Notes under the pieces: model-generated
The model's input: only the letters and a program-made list of their open reading frames with translations
Database searches by the model: none
What the model was told of the DNA's origin: nothing
Program-made: the position numbers and the translations under genes
Part shown: piece by piece, positions 37,978-47,813 of the stretch
Layout: each line of letters opens with the position of its first letter
Numbering within the stretch: the stretch's first letter is position 1
IMG/VR virus record: IMGVR_UViG_2974637922_000001
Span: 96,001-160,000 of that record
Reading direction: 5' to 3' (one strand)
DNA: 64,000 nucleotides
Origin: a virus
Taxonomy: Duplodnaviria > Caudoviricetes

Positions 37978-38858
37978 TGGCAAAACCATTATTCAAATGG
38001 ACTGGGGGTAAGGGGCGACTCCTTCAAAAGTACACAGACCTAAACTTTTTCCCCGACTCTAGTCAGTTTGATACTTTCGTTGATTTGTTCTTTGGTGGGG
38101 GTGCTGTGACTATGTGGGTTGCTGAAAAGTATCCAGATAAGAAACTTATTATTAACGATCTCAATACTGAGATGATGAATCTGTATATTCAGATTCGAGA
38201 TAACTGGGAAGAATTCAGGGAACACTACCTGCGCATCAGTGGGGTGTTTATTGAAACCCCTCAGGATAAAAGGAAAGCTTTATATAATTGTTATAAGAAA
38301 CGATATGCCTGGAACTATAAGTGGTTGAGTGAAGCTGAGATAGCTGCTAACCTTTTGGTTATGTTAAAGACAAACTTTAACGGTATCTGGCAGGGATATA
38401 TTATGTACGGCGGTAGATACTCTACACCCCCTGGACATATCAATTACAAACCCACACTCTTTGATATCAATAAAGTAGAACAGTTCCGAGACGTTCTTTG
38501 TAGGTCTACAATATATAACCGTTCTTTTGAAGACGTACCTATCCCTGAGAACTCTTGGGTATTTGCTGATCCTCCATATCGTGACACCAAGAAGATGTAC
38601 TCCGACCAGTTCGACGATGAACTGCAGAGTAAATTAGCTAACTTTTTAACTTCCAATAGCTGCTTATATGCGGAGTCTAATAAGGAAACCGGTGACGGTT
38701 TTTGGCAGGCACATTATCCAGAAGAACACATTAAGTTTCTAGATCATAAGTATACCTGTGGTCACGGTGGTGCAGTAAACCCTGTAACTGAAGTTCTTAT
38801 AAAGAACTATGGGAATAATATCCCACAACCAACTACCCTTGATTCCTTTTTTAACTGA
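37977..38858 (+). CDS. Second D12-class N6-adenine DNA methyltransferase
   Basis: PLFKWTGGK, FVDLFFGGGA, INDLN, ADPPY. Confidence 0.9.
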   Translation: MAKPLFKWTGGKGRLLQKYTDLNFFPDSSQFDTFVDLFFGGGAVTMWVAEKYPDKKLIINDLNTEMMNLYIQIRDNWEEFREHYLRISGVFIETPQDKRKALYNCYKKRYAWNYKWLSEAEIAANLLVMLKTNFNGIWQGYIMYGGRYSTPPGHINYKPTLFDINKVEQFRDVLCRSTIYNRSFEDVPIPENSWVFADPPYRDTKKMYSDQFDDELQSKLANFLTSNSCLYAESNKETGDGFWQAHYPEEHIKFLDHKYTCGHGGAVNPVTEVLIKNYGNNIPQPTTLDSFFN

Positions 38859-38860
38859 TT

Positions 38861-39553
38861 ATGCAAAAGAAAAACCGTATCTCCCACGAAGAAGAAATCA
38901 AACTATGTCGCCAAGCACAACTACATGATCATACATCCAAGTATGCTATGACTAAAATGGTTAACGCTAATATTGGGTTGGTTGAAAAACTTGCCAACAA
39001 ACTCTACATCAAGAATGATCAATACTCTTTTGATGACCTATACCAAGAGGGTGTATTTGGTCTTATCAGAGGAGTGAATAAGTTTGATCCTAGTGTTGGG
39101 TGTAGGTTTTCCACATATTCATACTACTGGATCTATAGTTATATCATGAGGTATTGTGAGAATAACCTAGGTAAGATCCGTATTCCCACTCACCTCCGTG
39201 AGAAGATGAGGAAACAGAAAGATAATAAGGTAGAGTTGGACAGACTAAAGTCCAAAGTCCCGTCAGTAGTATCATTAAATACAATAGTGGGTGAATCACT
39301 ATCCTTGGATAATGTAGTTACATACACCGAGAATATCTCATTTGATGATGAGATGGAACATGTTTTGGTTGTTATGGATGAGGTTTTGGATGAAAGAGAA
39401 CACCAGGTTCTCTGTAGTAGGTTTGGTATTGGTGGCGAGAAGCCACTATCCCAGAGAGAGTGTGCTAAACTACACAATGTTACCCATGGTGCTATCTATT
39501 TGATTGAGAAGAAATCAATCAAGAAAATCAAACACCATATGGGGTATAAATAA
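38861..39553 (+). CDS. Sigma70-family sigma factor (regions 1.2-4)
   Basis: ANIGLV, DLYQEGVFGLIRGVNKFDP, RFSTYSYYWI, IRIP, C-terminal HTH. Confidence 0.9.
   Translation: MQKKNRISHEEEIKLCRQAQLHDHTSKYAMTKMVNANIGLVEKLANKLYIKNDQYSFDDLYQEGVFGLIRGVNKFDPSVGCRFSTYSYYWIYSYIMRYCENNLGKIRIPTHLREKMRKQKDNKVELDRLKSKVPSVVSLNTIVGESLSLDNVVTYTENISFDDEMEHVLVVMDEVLDEREHQVLCSRFGIGGEKPLSQRECAKLHNVTHGAIYLIEKKSIKKIKHHMGYK
39545..39552 (+). promoter_or_regulatory. Late promoter TATAAATA
   Basis: Exact consensus 17 nt before ATG 39570. Confidence 0.8.
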
Positions 39554-39569
39554 TACTATAGTAGATTCT

Positions 39570-40784
39570 ATGACGATGAGATCGTTTCTAACATTCCTAA
39601 CTGAGGCTCGTTCTCGTGCATCTAAAAGAGCCAAAGAGTTGGGACTCACTGGCAACGGTCATGGTGGATGGGAAGATAGCGAAGGTAACCTAGTCGCTAT
39701 GACTGTGAAGGGTGATCTGGAGTTTGTGAAGGGAAGAGAACCCAAAGAGGAAGAAGAACCCGATGAAAAGACTTCTGCCCCTGAAGAGGAACCAACATCC
39801 AACAAAGCGCCTGGGGTAGATCCAGAAAATACAGATACCCCACAACAGGAACAACCAGCACCTGTTCCCAAAGATAAAGGTATTCTAACTGTTGCTTTCG
39901 GTAGGTTTAACCCTCCTACTATTGGGCATGAGAAGTTAATTAATACGGTAGCATCATATTCCGAGGATGGAGATTATATTATTGTTCCTTCCCGTAGTGA
40001 AGATAAGAAGAAGAATCCTCTAGATGTTGATACAAAAGTCAGCATCATGAGGCAGATGTATCCACAACATGCCGAGAAGATTGTTAACGATCCACATAAC
40101 AGAACCATCTTTGATGTTATGCGTAAGGCGCATAATGATGGTTACGCTGGTATTAGGATTGTTGGTGGTGGAGATAGAGTTAAGGAATATGAGAAGTTAG
40201 CCAACGCATATAACGGATCTACCTATCAGTTTGATGAAATTGATATAGTAAACGCTGGTGACAGGGATCCAGATGCGGAAGGTGCGGAAGGTATGTCTGC
40301 CTCCAAGATGAGAAAGGCGGCAGCTGATAATGACTTTGCTTCTTTTAGAAAGGGAATGCCAAAGACTCTCAGTAACGACCAGATGGTTTCTATCTACACT
40401 CAGGTTCAGAAGTCTATGGGTGTAACACCTAAGGAAGCTGTAATTGAAAACTGGAAAGTTGCTCCTAGACTGTATCCACAGGAACTGAGAGAGGCTTATA
40501 TCCAAAACGAAATCTATAATATTGGTGATACTGTCAGTCATGACACCACTGGTATGGTAGGTAAGATCGTAAGAAAGGGAACCAATCACCTCATTTGTGT
40601 AACAGAAAGTGAAGAGATGTTTAAGACCTGGACACAGGATGTGAGTCCTGCCGACCTAAAACCACAACCAGCAATCTCTACTCCAAAGGAGAGGGAAGTT
40701 GGAACAGATTCCCTCAGATCTTTCCTTCAGAGAATCACTCCAGGGGAGAAAGAGCAATCCTTTATAAATAAACATAAGAAATAA
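39570..40784 (+). CDS. Cytidyltransferase-like nucleotidyltransferase, probable virion protein
   Basis: FGRFNPPTIGH, KNPL, GMSASKMR; FLTE|A leader. Confidence 0.85.
   Translation: MTMRSFLTFLTEARSRASKRAKELGLTGNGHGGWEDSEGNLVAMTVKGDLEFVKGREPKEEEEPDEKTSAPEEEPTSNKAPGVDPENTDTPQQEQPAPVPKDKGILTVAFGRFNPPTIGHEKLINTVASYSEDGDYIIVPSRSEDKKKNPLDVDTKVSIMRQMYPQHAEKIVNDPHNRTIFDVMRKAHNDGYAGIRIVGGGDRVKEYEKLANAYNGSTYQFDEIDIVNAGDRDPDAEGAEGMSASKMRKAAADNDFASFRKGMPKTLSNDQMVSIYTQVQKSMGVTPKEAVIENWKVAPRLYPQELREAYIQNEIYNIGDTVSHDTTGMVGKIVRKGTNHLICVTESEEMFKTWTQDVSPADLKPQPAISTPKEREVGTDSLRSFLQRITPGEKEQSFINKHKK
40763..40770 (+). promoter_or_regulatory. Late promoter TATAAATA
   Basis: Exact consensus upstream of 40804. Confidence 0.75.
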
Positions 40785-40803
40785 GACAGTTCCTTTTTAG
40801 AAG

Positions 40804-42300
40804 ATGGATTTCAACGTAACCGAAGCTGTCGAGCTAATCGTATTGTTAGCCGAGACAGAACAGCTAACACTACAAGATGCTCTACAGGAGTTCCTATCAG
40901 AGACCGAATTGGACTCTGAAACGGCATCCCATCTAAAGGGTGCCCTCTTTGAGAAATATTCACTCAGGGAGATGGCTACTGACGCCGTAACAAACGCTAT
41001 GATGAAAGTGTTTGTTAGTCGTCCAGTAGTAGAAGAGGAAGTGGAGACTCCTGATGGTAATCTCTATTTTGTAGAGGTTGAACTAGAGGAGGAAGTTCTA
41101 GAAGGTTATCTAACCCTAGAAGAAATCCAGAATATGAGAGTGGATGCTGATGTTCTATCCGTTAAGTTAGTTGATGAAGGTGTTCGTGACACTGACGCCG
41201 AGAAAGGAACAGAGGAAAGAAAGAAACGCCTTGAGAAGAAGCGTGGAATGAAGTTGGACGACCATCCTCAGTATCTGGAAACAGATATGAAGAAGCGTCA
41301 GGAGAATAACGAGAAGGCTCGTAAGGATATGGATAAAGTGAAGGGTCAGAAGAACCCCCACTTCGAAGAGTATGATATTTCTGAAGGTCGCAAAGAAGGT
41401 GAGTCTTCTAAAGATTACGCCGATAGAATGACTAAGAAGTATTCTGGTGGTAAGTCTAAGTCCTATGATCCCATGAAGGATAAGAACTTCGACCATGACA
41501 AGGCAGAAAGAACCCGTGGTTCTATGGAAGAAGGTCTAGACGCCGTAGGTGGCGAAGACGCTGACATTAATAACGATAATAAGGTTGATAAGACTGATAA
41601 GTATCTACACAATCGTCGTAAGGCTATCGGAAAGGCGATGAAGAAGGAATCAGCTTGGGCTGAGTATCTAAATCGTAGAGGAATCTCTGAGGAAGTATTC
41701 TCTGAAGGTGACCTAATTGATGCAGGTCGTAAGAATGAGGGAGAAAGAAGGGGAAAAAAGATTACCGGGGAGGGTGTTGATAACTCCTCCTCTGTGAAGT
41801 TGATGCCTCGTATCGCTGAAGCTGCTATTATCACTGAGAAGTCAGAGAGTAAGTCACAACAGCGTCTCTTTGGTATGGTAAGAGCAGCTCAGAAGGGTGA
41901 GAAACCCGCCTCTGGTAAGGTTGCTGAACTAGCTTCTAAGGTTGGTAAGAAAGACGTTCTAGACTTCGCTAAGACAAAACACAAGGGTTTGAAAGAGAAC
42001 TGTTGTGATAAGTGTGGCACTCCTGATTGTACTTGTGATGAGAAGCCCAAGGCTAAGAAAAAGAAAGCTAAACTAGATGAAGCAGGGATGCCTATTCTAG
42101 AGTATTCTAGAAACAACGCTGAAGGTCCTACACCTGAAATGATTGATCCTCCAAAGGATGAAGAAGGTAAGAAGGGTGTAAAGAACCCTAAAGGTAAGGC
42201 TAAGAGACCTGGTGCAGGTGACAGAAGACCTAACGACGGTGGTTCCGAACTACCATTCGATATGGGAACCGTACCTGGTGGCGGCGGTTGTGGTTGCTAA
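40804..42300 (+). CDS. Charged modular late protein, probable internal head protein
   Basis: Many hydrophobic-x-E junctions; DINNDNKVD module; KSESKSQQRLFGMV module. Confidence 0.65.
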   Translation: MDFNVTEAVELIVLLAETEQLTLQDALQEFLSETELDSETASHLKGALFEKYSLREMATDAVTNAMMKVFVSRPVVEEEVETPDGNLYFVEVELEEEVLEGYLTLEEIQNMRVDADVLSVKLVDEGVRDTDAEKGTEERKKRLEKKRGMKLDDHPQYLETDMKKRQENNEKARKDMDKVKGQKNPHFEEYDISEGRKEGESSKDYADRMTKKYSGGKSKSYDPMKDKNFDHDKAERTRGSMEEGLDAVGGEDADINNDNKVDKTDKYLHNRRKAIGKAMKKESAWAEYLNRRGISEEVFSEGDLIDAGRKNEGERRGKKITGEGVDNSSSVKLMPRIAEAAIITEKSESKSQQRLFGMVRAAQKGEKPASGKVAELASKVGKKDVLDFAKTKHKGLKENCCDKCGTPDCTCDEKPKAKKKKAKLDEAGMPILEYSRNNAEGPTPEMIDPPKDEEGKKGVKNPKGKAKRPGAGDRRPNDGGSELPFDMGTVPGGGGCGC

Positions 42301-42326
42301 ATAGTGATGTAGTTTTTAGGTATTAC

Positions 42327-42503
42327 ATGTCAAAAGTAGTGAGTCTACTCAAGCCAGCACTTCTCTGGTTACGTGATTCTACCGAAGTGAAGAAGTTAGT
42401 AATTGAACTCCTCCAGCGTTACGCTGAGAGTACGAAGACTGATGTTGATGATTTACTCGTCGCCACAGTCAGTAAAGCACTCCTCCCCGAAGGAGTTGAG
42501 TGA
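42327..42503 (+). CDS. Small hypothetical protein
   Basis: ATG follows CTAAATA at 42297. Confidence 0.6.
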   Translation: MSKVVSLLKPALLWLRDSTEVKKLVIELLQRYAESTKTDVDDLLVATVSKALLPEGVE

Positions 42504-42676
42504 TGGAGTGTTTGTTAGTATCCCATACTACGTTTTGGGTACTAACAGGCGCGTTACTTCTTTCTGAAGCTATCGGTGAAACCAAATGGATTAAATCCAA
42601 TGGAATTTTGTCATTCATCTTTGAACTTTTAGAGCAACTAGCTCGTATAGTCCGAAAGGCACTATATCAACGTTAA
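42503..42676 (+). CDS. 57-aa membrane protein (not in ORF track)
   Basis: FWVLTGALLLSEAIG..KSNGILSFIF. Confidence 0.55.
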   Translation: MECLLVSHTTFWVLTGALLLSEAIGETKWIKSNGILSFIFELLEQLARIVRKALYQR

Positions 42677-42709
42677 CCTAGGGGGTATTCAAAACCTTCT
42701 AGGTTTTTT
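42675..42709 (+). terminator. Intrinsic terminator
   Basis: AACCTAGGGGG..CCTTCTAGGTT followed by a T run. Confidence 0.75.
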
Positions 42710-42712
42710 CTA

Positions 42713-42720
42713 TATAAATA
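42713..42720 (+). promoter_or_regulatory. Late promoter TATAAATA
   Basis: Exact consensus. Confidence 0.8.
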
Positions 42721-42755
42721 AAACTACCGGATATTCACACTAAAGGAATCAACAA

Positions 42756-43562
42756 ATGGCACTCTGGGGAAACAAAGACAATTTATCAGGTCCAACTCCA
42801 GTTACTATTGTCGGCACAGCAACCTCCGAGTTTTGGACTGCTGCCGCAACTGGAATTGGCACTATCGCAACAGGAACAACCATCGTATTAGGTGATGGTG
42901 GTTCAGCAGGTTTTGCAGTCATCGAAGCAAGTTTGGGGGCAGACCTAGTAAAGGTTAACCACCTATCAGCACTTGCTGGATCTAACTCGGCTGTATATTC
43001 ACTACAACCTATTTCACTTAAGAACGATCCTGGATACGCACCTACTTCAGCCGATGGCTCACTAGGACGTACTCAGAGACCAGTTGGTTTGAGTTCTGCA
43101 AACATGACAGCATCAGCTGGAACTGTGTGGGAAGCTGATCACAGTGGTTGGGTTGGAGTTACAACCTACATGGACAACTCAGCAACACCTCCAGTGATGC
43201 GTGTTAAGAAGGAAGTTCTAGTCGCTATGTCTGGTATTCAGACTGGTGGACGTGAGTATCCTGGTATGTTCAGTAACGCAGCTGCCGCAGTTGTTATTGG
43301 TGCAGCATCCGTAAGTGGTTCTGCCACACCTGTAGCACTCACACCATCAGCATATACAGTATCTACTGCTTCAGCAACCGCTGGTGACCTAACCTATGTT
43401 TGGTCTACTAACGATGGTTCTGCTACAATTACTGGTGGCACTACAACTACCGCTAACATTGGATTCAGTACAGCTGGTAGCTACAACGTTACTTGTACAG
43501 TTTCTTCTGGAACTGCCTCTGATTCACCATCAGCAGATACACTTGCAGTAGTCGCTAGCTGA
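42756..43562 (+). CDS. Virion structural protein with C-terminal PKD/Ig-like domain
   Basis: MALWG start; HSGWVG; EVLVAMS; LTYVWS..FSTAGSYNVTCTVS. Confidence 0.75.
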   Translation: MALWGNKDNLSGPTPVTIVGTATSEFWTAAATGIGTIATGTTIVLGDGGSAGFAVIEASLGADLVKVNHLSALAGSNSAVYSLQPISLKNDPGYAPTSADGSLGRTQRPVGLSSANMTASAGTVWEADHSGWVGVTTYMDNSATPPVMRVKKEVLVAMSGIQTGGREYPGMFSNAAAAVVIGAASVSGSATPVALTPSAYTVSTASATAGDLTYVWSTNDGSATITGGTTTTANIGFSTAGSYNVTCTVSSGTASDSPSADTLAVVAS

Positions 43563-43578
43563 TAACCAAGAGTAAGAG

Positions 43579-43962
43579 ATGAGATTTGACGAACTAAATG
43601 ATGATAATTATCTCTTGTTTGCTATCAAGTTTTACGAGAACCCTCACGCGGTAACCCGTGATGATTTTGAGGATGATCTGAAGAAGATTAAGTATGTTAA
43701 ACGTCTACTAAGACGTTATAGAAATATGGGTGTGTTAAAAACGCACCTCATACTTAATCACTTGATAGTATTATTCAATGTATTTGGGGATGCTGCCGTT
43801 CCCCTCCTGTTCTATAACATAGAAAAGGACCTATGGCCAGCACTGAAGGGGTTCCTTGTGTTTATGCACAAACTTCCTGAGTTTCCTAGGACACTTATGG
43901 ACGAGGTTCCCTTAGACGAATATTGCCTAGAACAACTGGAGAACATAGATGAGTCATCCTAA
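43579..43962 (+). CDS. Conserved T4-like hypothetical protein
   Basis: FAIKFYENP, DLKKIKYVKRL, LILNHLI. Confidence 0.75.
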   Translation: MRFDELNDDNYLLFAIKFYENPHAVTRDDFEDDLKKIKYVKRLLRRYRNMGVLKTHLILNHLIVLFNVFGDAAVPLLFYNIEKDLWPALKGFLVFMHKLPEFPRTLMDEVPLDEYCLEQLENIDESS

Positions 43963-44134
43963 ACTAGATATTCTAATAGAAGCCTTCAGGAAACTGAGGG
44001 AAGACGCAGGGATGACTGTAGGTGGTGGTAACATTGCCGGTATGCCTCCAGAAGATACTGATCCCCCTGTGGATCTAAAGAAGAAAAAGAAGAAGGTATT
44101 ATCTACCTTCCGTAGAAGTTTACCCAACCAGTAG
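43949..44134 (+). CDS. Small hypothetical protein
   Basis: LRED..GNIAG..PPV, Lys run. Confidence 0.6.
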   Translation: MSHPKLDILIEAFRKLREDAGMTVGGGNIAGMPPEDTDPPVDLKKKKKKVLSTFRRSLPNQ

Positions 44135-44141
44135 GAAATTT

Positions 44142-44528
44142 ATGTTCCAGAGGAATGACAATGTGAAATTGGCAGTCCTTGAGGAGAAACTAAGTACAAC
44201 ATCTGAAGTTATCTCCAAGCTTGATGAAAATATCGAGCAACTTAGTCATCTGAGTGTCAATGTCAGCAAAATGTTAGCTGTCCACGAAGAAAAGATAGAG
44301 GTTTCCAGAGAAGCCCACCTAGAAACTGAAAAGGAAATAGGAGAACTATCAGACAGATTAGAAGAAAAGTATAAATGTTTAGCTAAAAGACTCACTGCTT
44401 TGGAGTTTAGAGTCTGGATGGCTGCGGGCGCCTTTGCTATTATAGGTATCTGCCTCCAAATTGGTATTATAGAGGGCGTCACATTATCCCAAAAGTCTGT
44501 TATAATGGAGGTGTCCCAGACTGAGTGA
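44142..44528 (+). CDS. Coiled-coil protein with C-terminal TM helix
   Basis: KMLAVHEEKI; WMAAGAFAIIGI. Confidence 0.65.
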   Translation: MFQRNDNVKLAVLEEKLSTTSEVISKLDENIEQLSHLSVNVSKMLAVHEEKIEVSREAHLETEKEIGELSDRLEEKYKCLAKRLTALEFRVWMAAGAFAIIGICLQIGIIEGVTLSQKSVIMEVSQTE

Positions 44529-44535
44529 ATACTGA

Positions 44536-45516
44536 ATGGATTTTGTTGATTCCAAGTTCATAAGTCTAGTATCCTCTCGCTTAGAGAAGTTCAAACAGAA
44601 GAAGTCTGACCTGTATAACTGCAGGTGTCCCATTTGTGGAGACTCTTCTAGGAACCGAACTAAAGCGAGGGGATATATTTATGCAGTGAAACAAAATACA
44701 AACTACAAATGTCACAACTGTGGTGTGAGTATGTCATTCTCTAACTTCCTGAAGGAGATAGATCCAGTATTACATAAGCAATATGTCTTTGAGAAGTTCA
44801 AGGGAAAGAACTCTACGCCCATCAAGAACGTTAAGTCAGTTCTGGATAAGTTTTCCTACGAACCCAAGTTCAAGAAGAAGACAAAGATTGATTTGCCCTC
44901 CGCCTTTGATGTAAAACTATCTAAGGAGTATCTGGATAACAGAAAGATTACCTCTGGGGAGTTTTATTACACAGATAACTTCAAAGAGTTTGTGAATGTA
45001 ATCAAACCAAGAACGTTTGATGACGAACGTGGGGGACCTAGAATTGTAATTCCCCTGTATGACAGGGATGGTGTATTGTTTGGGTTACAGGGAAGATCTC
45101 TTCTCCCCAGTAAGGTTAAATACATCACAATCATCCTTGATGAAGACCAACCAAAAGTGTATGGTTTGGAGAAGATAGACCCCACACAGAGGGTTTATCT
45201 AGTGGAGGGTCCTTTCGATTCCACATTCATAAATAACTCACTCGCTATGTGTGGTGCTGATGTAGTATTAGATACACTGGGACTACAAGAACTAGTATAT
45301 GTGTACGATAACGAACCTCGTAACAGGGAGATCTGCAATAGGATCAATAAAGTTATCGATCAGGGTAAGAAGGTTGTTATTTTCCCCACAAATATAGAAC
45401 AAAAGGACATCAATGATATGATCTTAGCAGGGCATGATATAATGACTGTATTGGGATCCAATGTCTACCAAGGACTAACTGCTAAAATTAAGTATAACGA
45501 ATGGAAAAGATTATGA
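44536..45516 (+). CDS. g61: DNA primase gp61
   Basis: CPICGDS/CHNCG zinc finger, EGPFDS, YDNEPRN; TGTTATAAT at 44498. Confidence 0.96.
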   Translation: MDFVDSKFISLVSSRLEKFKQKKSDLYNCRCPICGDSSRNRTKARGYIYAVKQNTNYKCHNCGVSMSFSNFLKEIDPVLHKQYVFEKFKGKNSTPIKNVKSVLDKFSYEPKFKKKTKIDLPSAFDVKLSKEYLDNRKITSGEFYYTDNFKEFVNVIKPRTFDDERGGPRIVIPLYDRDGVLFGLQGRSLLPSKVKYITIILDEDQPKVYGLEKIDPTQRVYLVEGPFDSTFINNSLAMCGADVVLDTLGLQELVYVYDNEPRNREICNRINKVIDQGKKVVIFPTNIEQKDINDMILAGHDIMTVLGSNVYQGLTAKIKYNEWKRL

Positions 45517-47813
45517 ATTCTGTGATCAGTGTTGTTAAGAGGTCTGGTGACAAGGAAGTACTTGACATTAACAAACTTCACGTAATGGTCGAGGCTGCTT
45601 GTGACGATCTATCTGGAGTCTCTGCCTCACAGGTAGAGATGAACTCAAATATTCAGTTCTATGATGGAATTACAACTGATGCAATTCAGGAAATTCTTAT
45701 TAAGAGTGCTTCTGATTTGATTGATCTTGATCACCCAAACTATCAGTTTGTTGCTGCTAGGTTGTTGTTGTTTGCTGTACGCAAACAGGTTTTTGATCGG
45801 ATGCATGAACTACCTGATGTTAAGTCGCATGTTAGGAAGTGTGTAGACGCAGGTGTTTATGATGCCGAAATCTTTGATCTCTATAGTGACGAAGAGTTTG
45901 CTGAGTTTGATAAGATTATTAATCACGACAGAGACTACATCTTCACCTTTGCTGGTCTCCGTCAGGTGGTGGATAAGTATTTGGTTCAGGATAGAACCAA
46001 CAATAAGGTATATGAAACACCCCAGTTCATGTATCTCCTTATCGCCGCTACTATCTTCTCTCAGTATTCTAGAGAGACACGAATGTCCTATGTGAAACGT
46101 TACTATGACGCAATCTCAAAGCACCGCATCAATATTCCAACGCCTATTATGGCAGGCGTTAGAACGCCCCTTAGGCAGTTCGCTAGCTGCGTTCTTATTG
46201 ATTCCGACGACAGTCTCGATTCTATCTTTAGTTCTGATATGGCTATTGGCAGATACGTTGCGCAAAGAGCTGGAATCGGGATCAACGCTGGAAGAATCCG
46301 TGGTCTCAACAGTAAAATCCGTGGTGGAGAGGTAAGCCATACCGGGGTAATTCCATTTCTCAAGAAGTTTGAAACTACCGTTAGGTGTTGTACTCAGAAT
46401 GGTATTAGGGGAGGTTCGGCAACAGTTCACTTCCCTATCTGGCACCAAGAGATCGAAGATATCATGGTGTTGAAGAATAACAAGGGTACAGAAGACAACC
46501 GAGTGAGGAAACTTGACTACTCCATCCAACTATCAAAGATTTTCTATGAGCGTTTCATCCAGAATGGAGAAATTAGCTTGTTCTCACCGCATGACGTACC
46601 AGGTTTGTATGATGCTTTTGGTACTGATGACTTTGACACTCTATATCGGATGCATGAACTCAATGATGCTGTTCCAAGAACGACACACAAAGCACAAGAG
46701 TTAATCATGGATCTCTTGAAGGAGAGATCTGAGACTGGTCGTATCTACTTAATGAATATCGATCATTGTAACTCCCACTCGTCCTTCTTGGATAAGGTGG
46801 AGATGTCCAACCTCTGTCAGGAGATTACACTACCTACAAGACCCCTAAACCATATCGATGATACCGAAGGTGAGATTGCTCTCTGTATCCTCTCTGCGTT
46901 GAACGTAGGTAAGTTACGCAACCTAGAAGAGATGGAGGAGCTATGTGACTTGGCAATTCGTGGTTTAGATGAACTCATTGACTTCCAGAACTACCCCATC
47001 AAGGCAGCTGAAATTGCCACTAAGAATCGTAGGTCTCTAGGTGTTGGTTACATTGGGTTGGCACACTACCTAGCGAAACATAGAGTTGGGTATAATGATC
47101 AGGAAGCATTCCAATTGGTTCATGATCTAACTGAACACTTCCAGTACTATCTAATCAAGGCAACAACTAATCTCGCCAAAGAGAAAGGAGCTTGTGGTTG
47201 GTCTGATCGTACTAAGTATAGTCAGGGTATTCTACCTATTGACACATACAAGAGTGATGTGGATGAGATTGTTCCCAACGTCCTCACACTAGACTGGGAA
47301 GCTCTACGAGCCGATTGTCTGAAGTATGGAGTCCGTAACTCCACTCTATCCGCACAGATGCCCTCTGAGTCCTCCTCAGTCGTCTGTAACGCCACTAACG
47401 GTATCGAACCACCCAGAGGGTTCCTATCGGTGAAGAAGTCCAAGAAGGGAACCCTGAAACAGATTGTTCCTTCCTATCCATACCTCAAGCAGTTCTACAC
47501 TCTCCTATGGGAAATGGGTAGTAACGAGGGATACATCAAGATTGTGGCTGTGATGCAGAAGTTCTTTGACCAGGCTATCTCTGGGAACTGGTCTTACAAC
47601 CCTAAGGACTACCCAAATAATGAGGTTCCAATGAGTGAGATGGTCAAAGATTGGCTCACTACATATAAGTACGGTTGGAAGACTTCTTACTACCAAAACA
47701 CATATGATATGTCCACCGATACTGGGGAATCTGACACCAAAGAAGAACTAGAAACATTACTGTCACAGATCGAACTCCTCGAAGATGACGACTGTGACAG
47801 TTGTAAAATCTAA
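45501..47813 (+). CDS. nrdA: Class Ia ribonucleotide reductase alpha subunit (start may be 45513)
   Basis: ATP cone, RQFASCVL, SNLCQEI, KTSYY, CDSCKI. Confidence 0.97.
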   Translation: MEKIMNSVISVVKRSGDKEVLDINKLHVMVEAACDDLSGVSASQVEMNSNIQFYDGITTDAIQEILIKSASDLIDLDHPNYQFVAARLLLFAVRKQVFDRMHELPDVKSHVRKCVDAGVYDAEIFDLYSDEEFAEFDKIINHDRDYIFTFAGLRQVVDKYLVQDRTNNKVYETPQFMYLLIAATIFSQYSRETRMSYVKRYYDAISKHRINIPTPIMAGVRTPLRQFASCVLIDSDDSLDSIFSSDMAIGRYVAQRAGIGINAGRIRGLNSKIRGGEVSHTGVIPFLKKFETTVRCCTQNGIRGGSATVHFPIWHQEIEDIMVLKNNKGTEDNRVRKLDYSIQLSKIFYERFIQNGEISLFSPHDVPGLYDAFGTDDFDTLYRMHELNDAVPRTTHKAQELIMDLLKERSETGRIYLMNIDHCNSHSSFLDKVEMSNLCQEITLPTRPLNHIDDTEGEIALCILSALNVGKLRNLEEMEELCDLAIRGLDELIDFQNYPIKAAEIATKNRRSLGVGYIGLAHYLAKHRVGYNDQEAFQLVHDLTEHFQYYLIKATTNLAKEKGACGWSDRTKYSQGILPIDTYKSDVDEIVPNVLTLDWEALRADCLKYGVRNSTLSAQMPSESSSVVCNATNGIEPPRGFLSVKKSKKGTLKQIVPSYPYLKQFYTLLWEMGSNEGYIKIVAVMQKFFDQAISGNWSYNPKDYPNNEVPMSEMVKDWLTTYKYGWKTSYYQNTYDMSTDTGESDTKEELETLLSQIELLEDDDCDSCKI

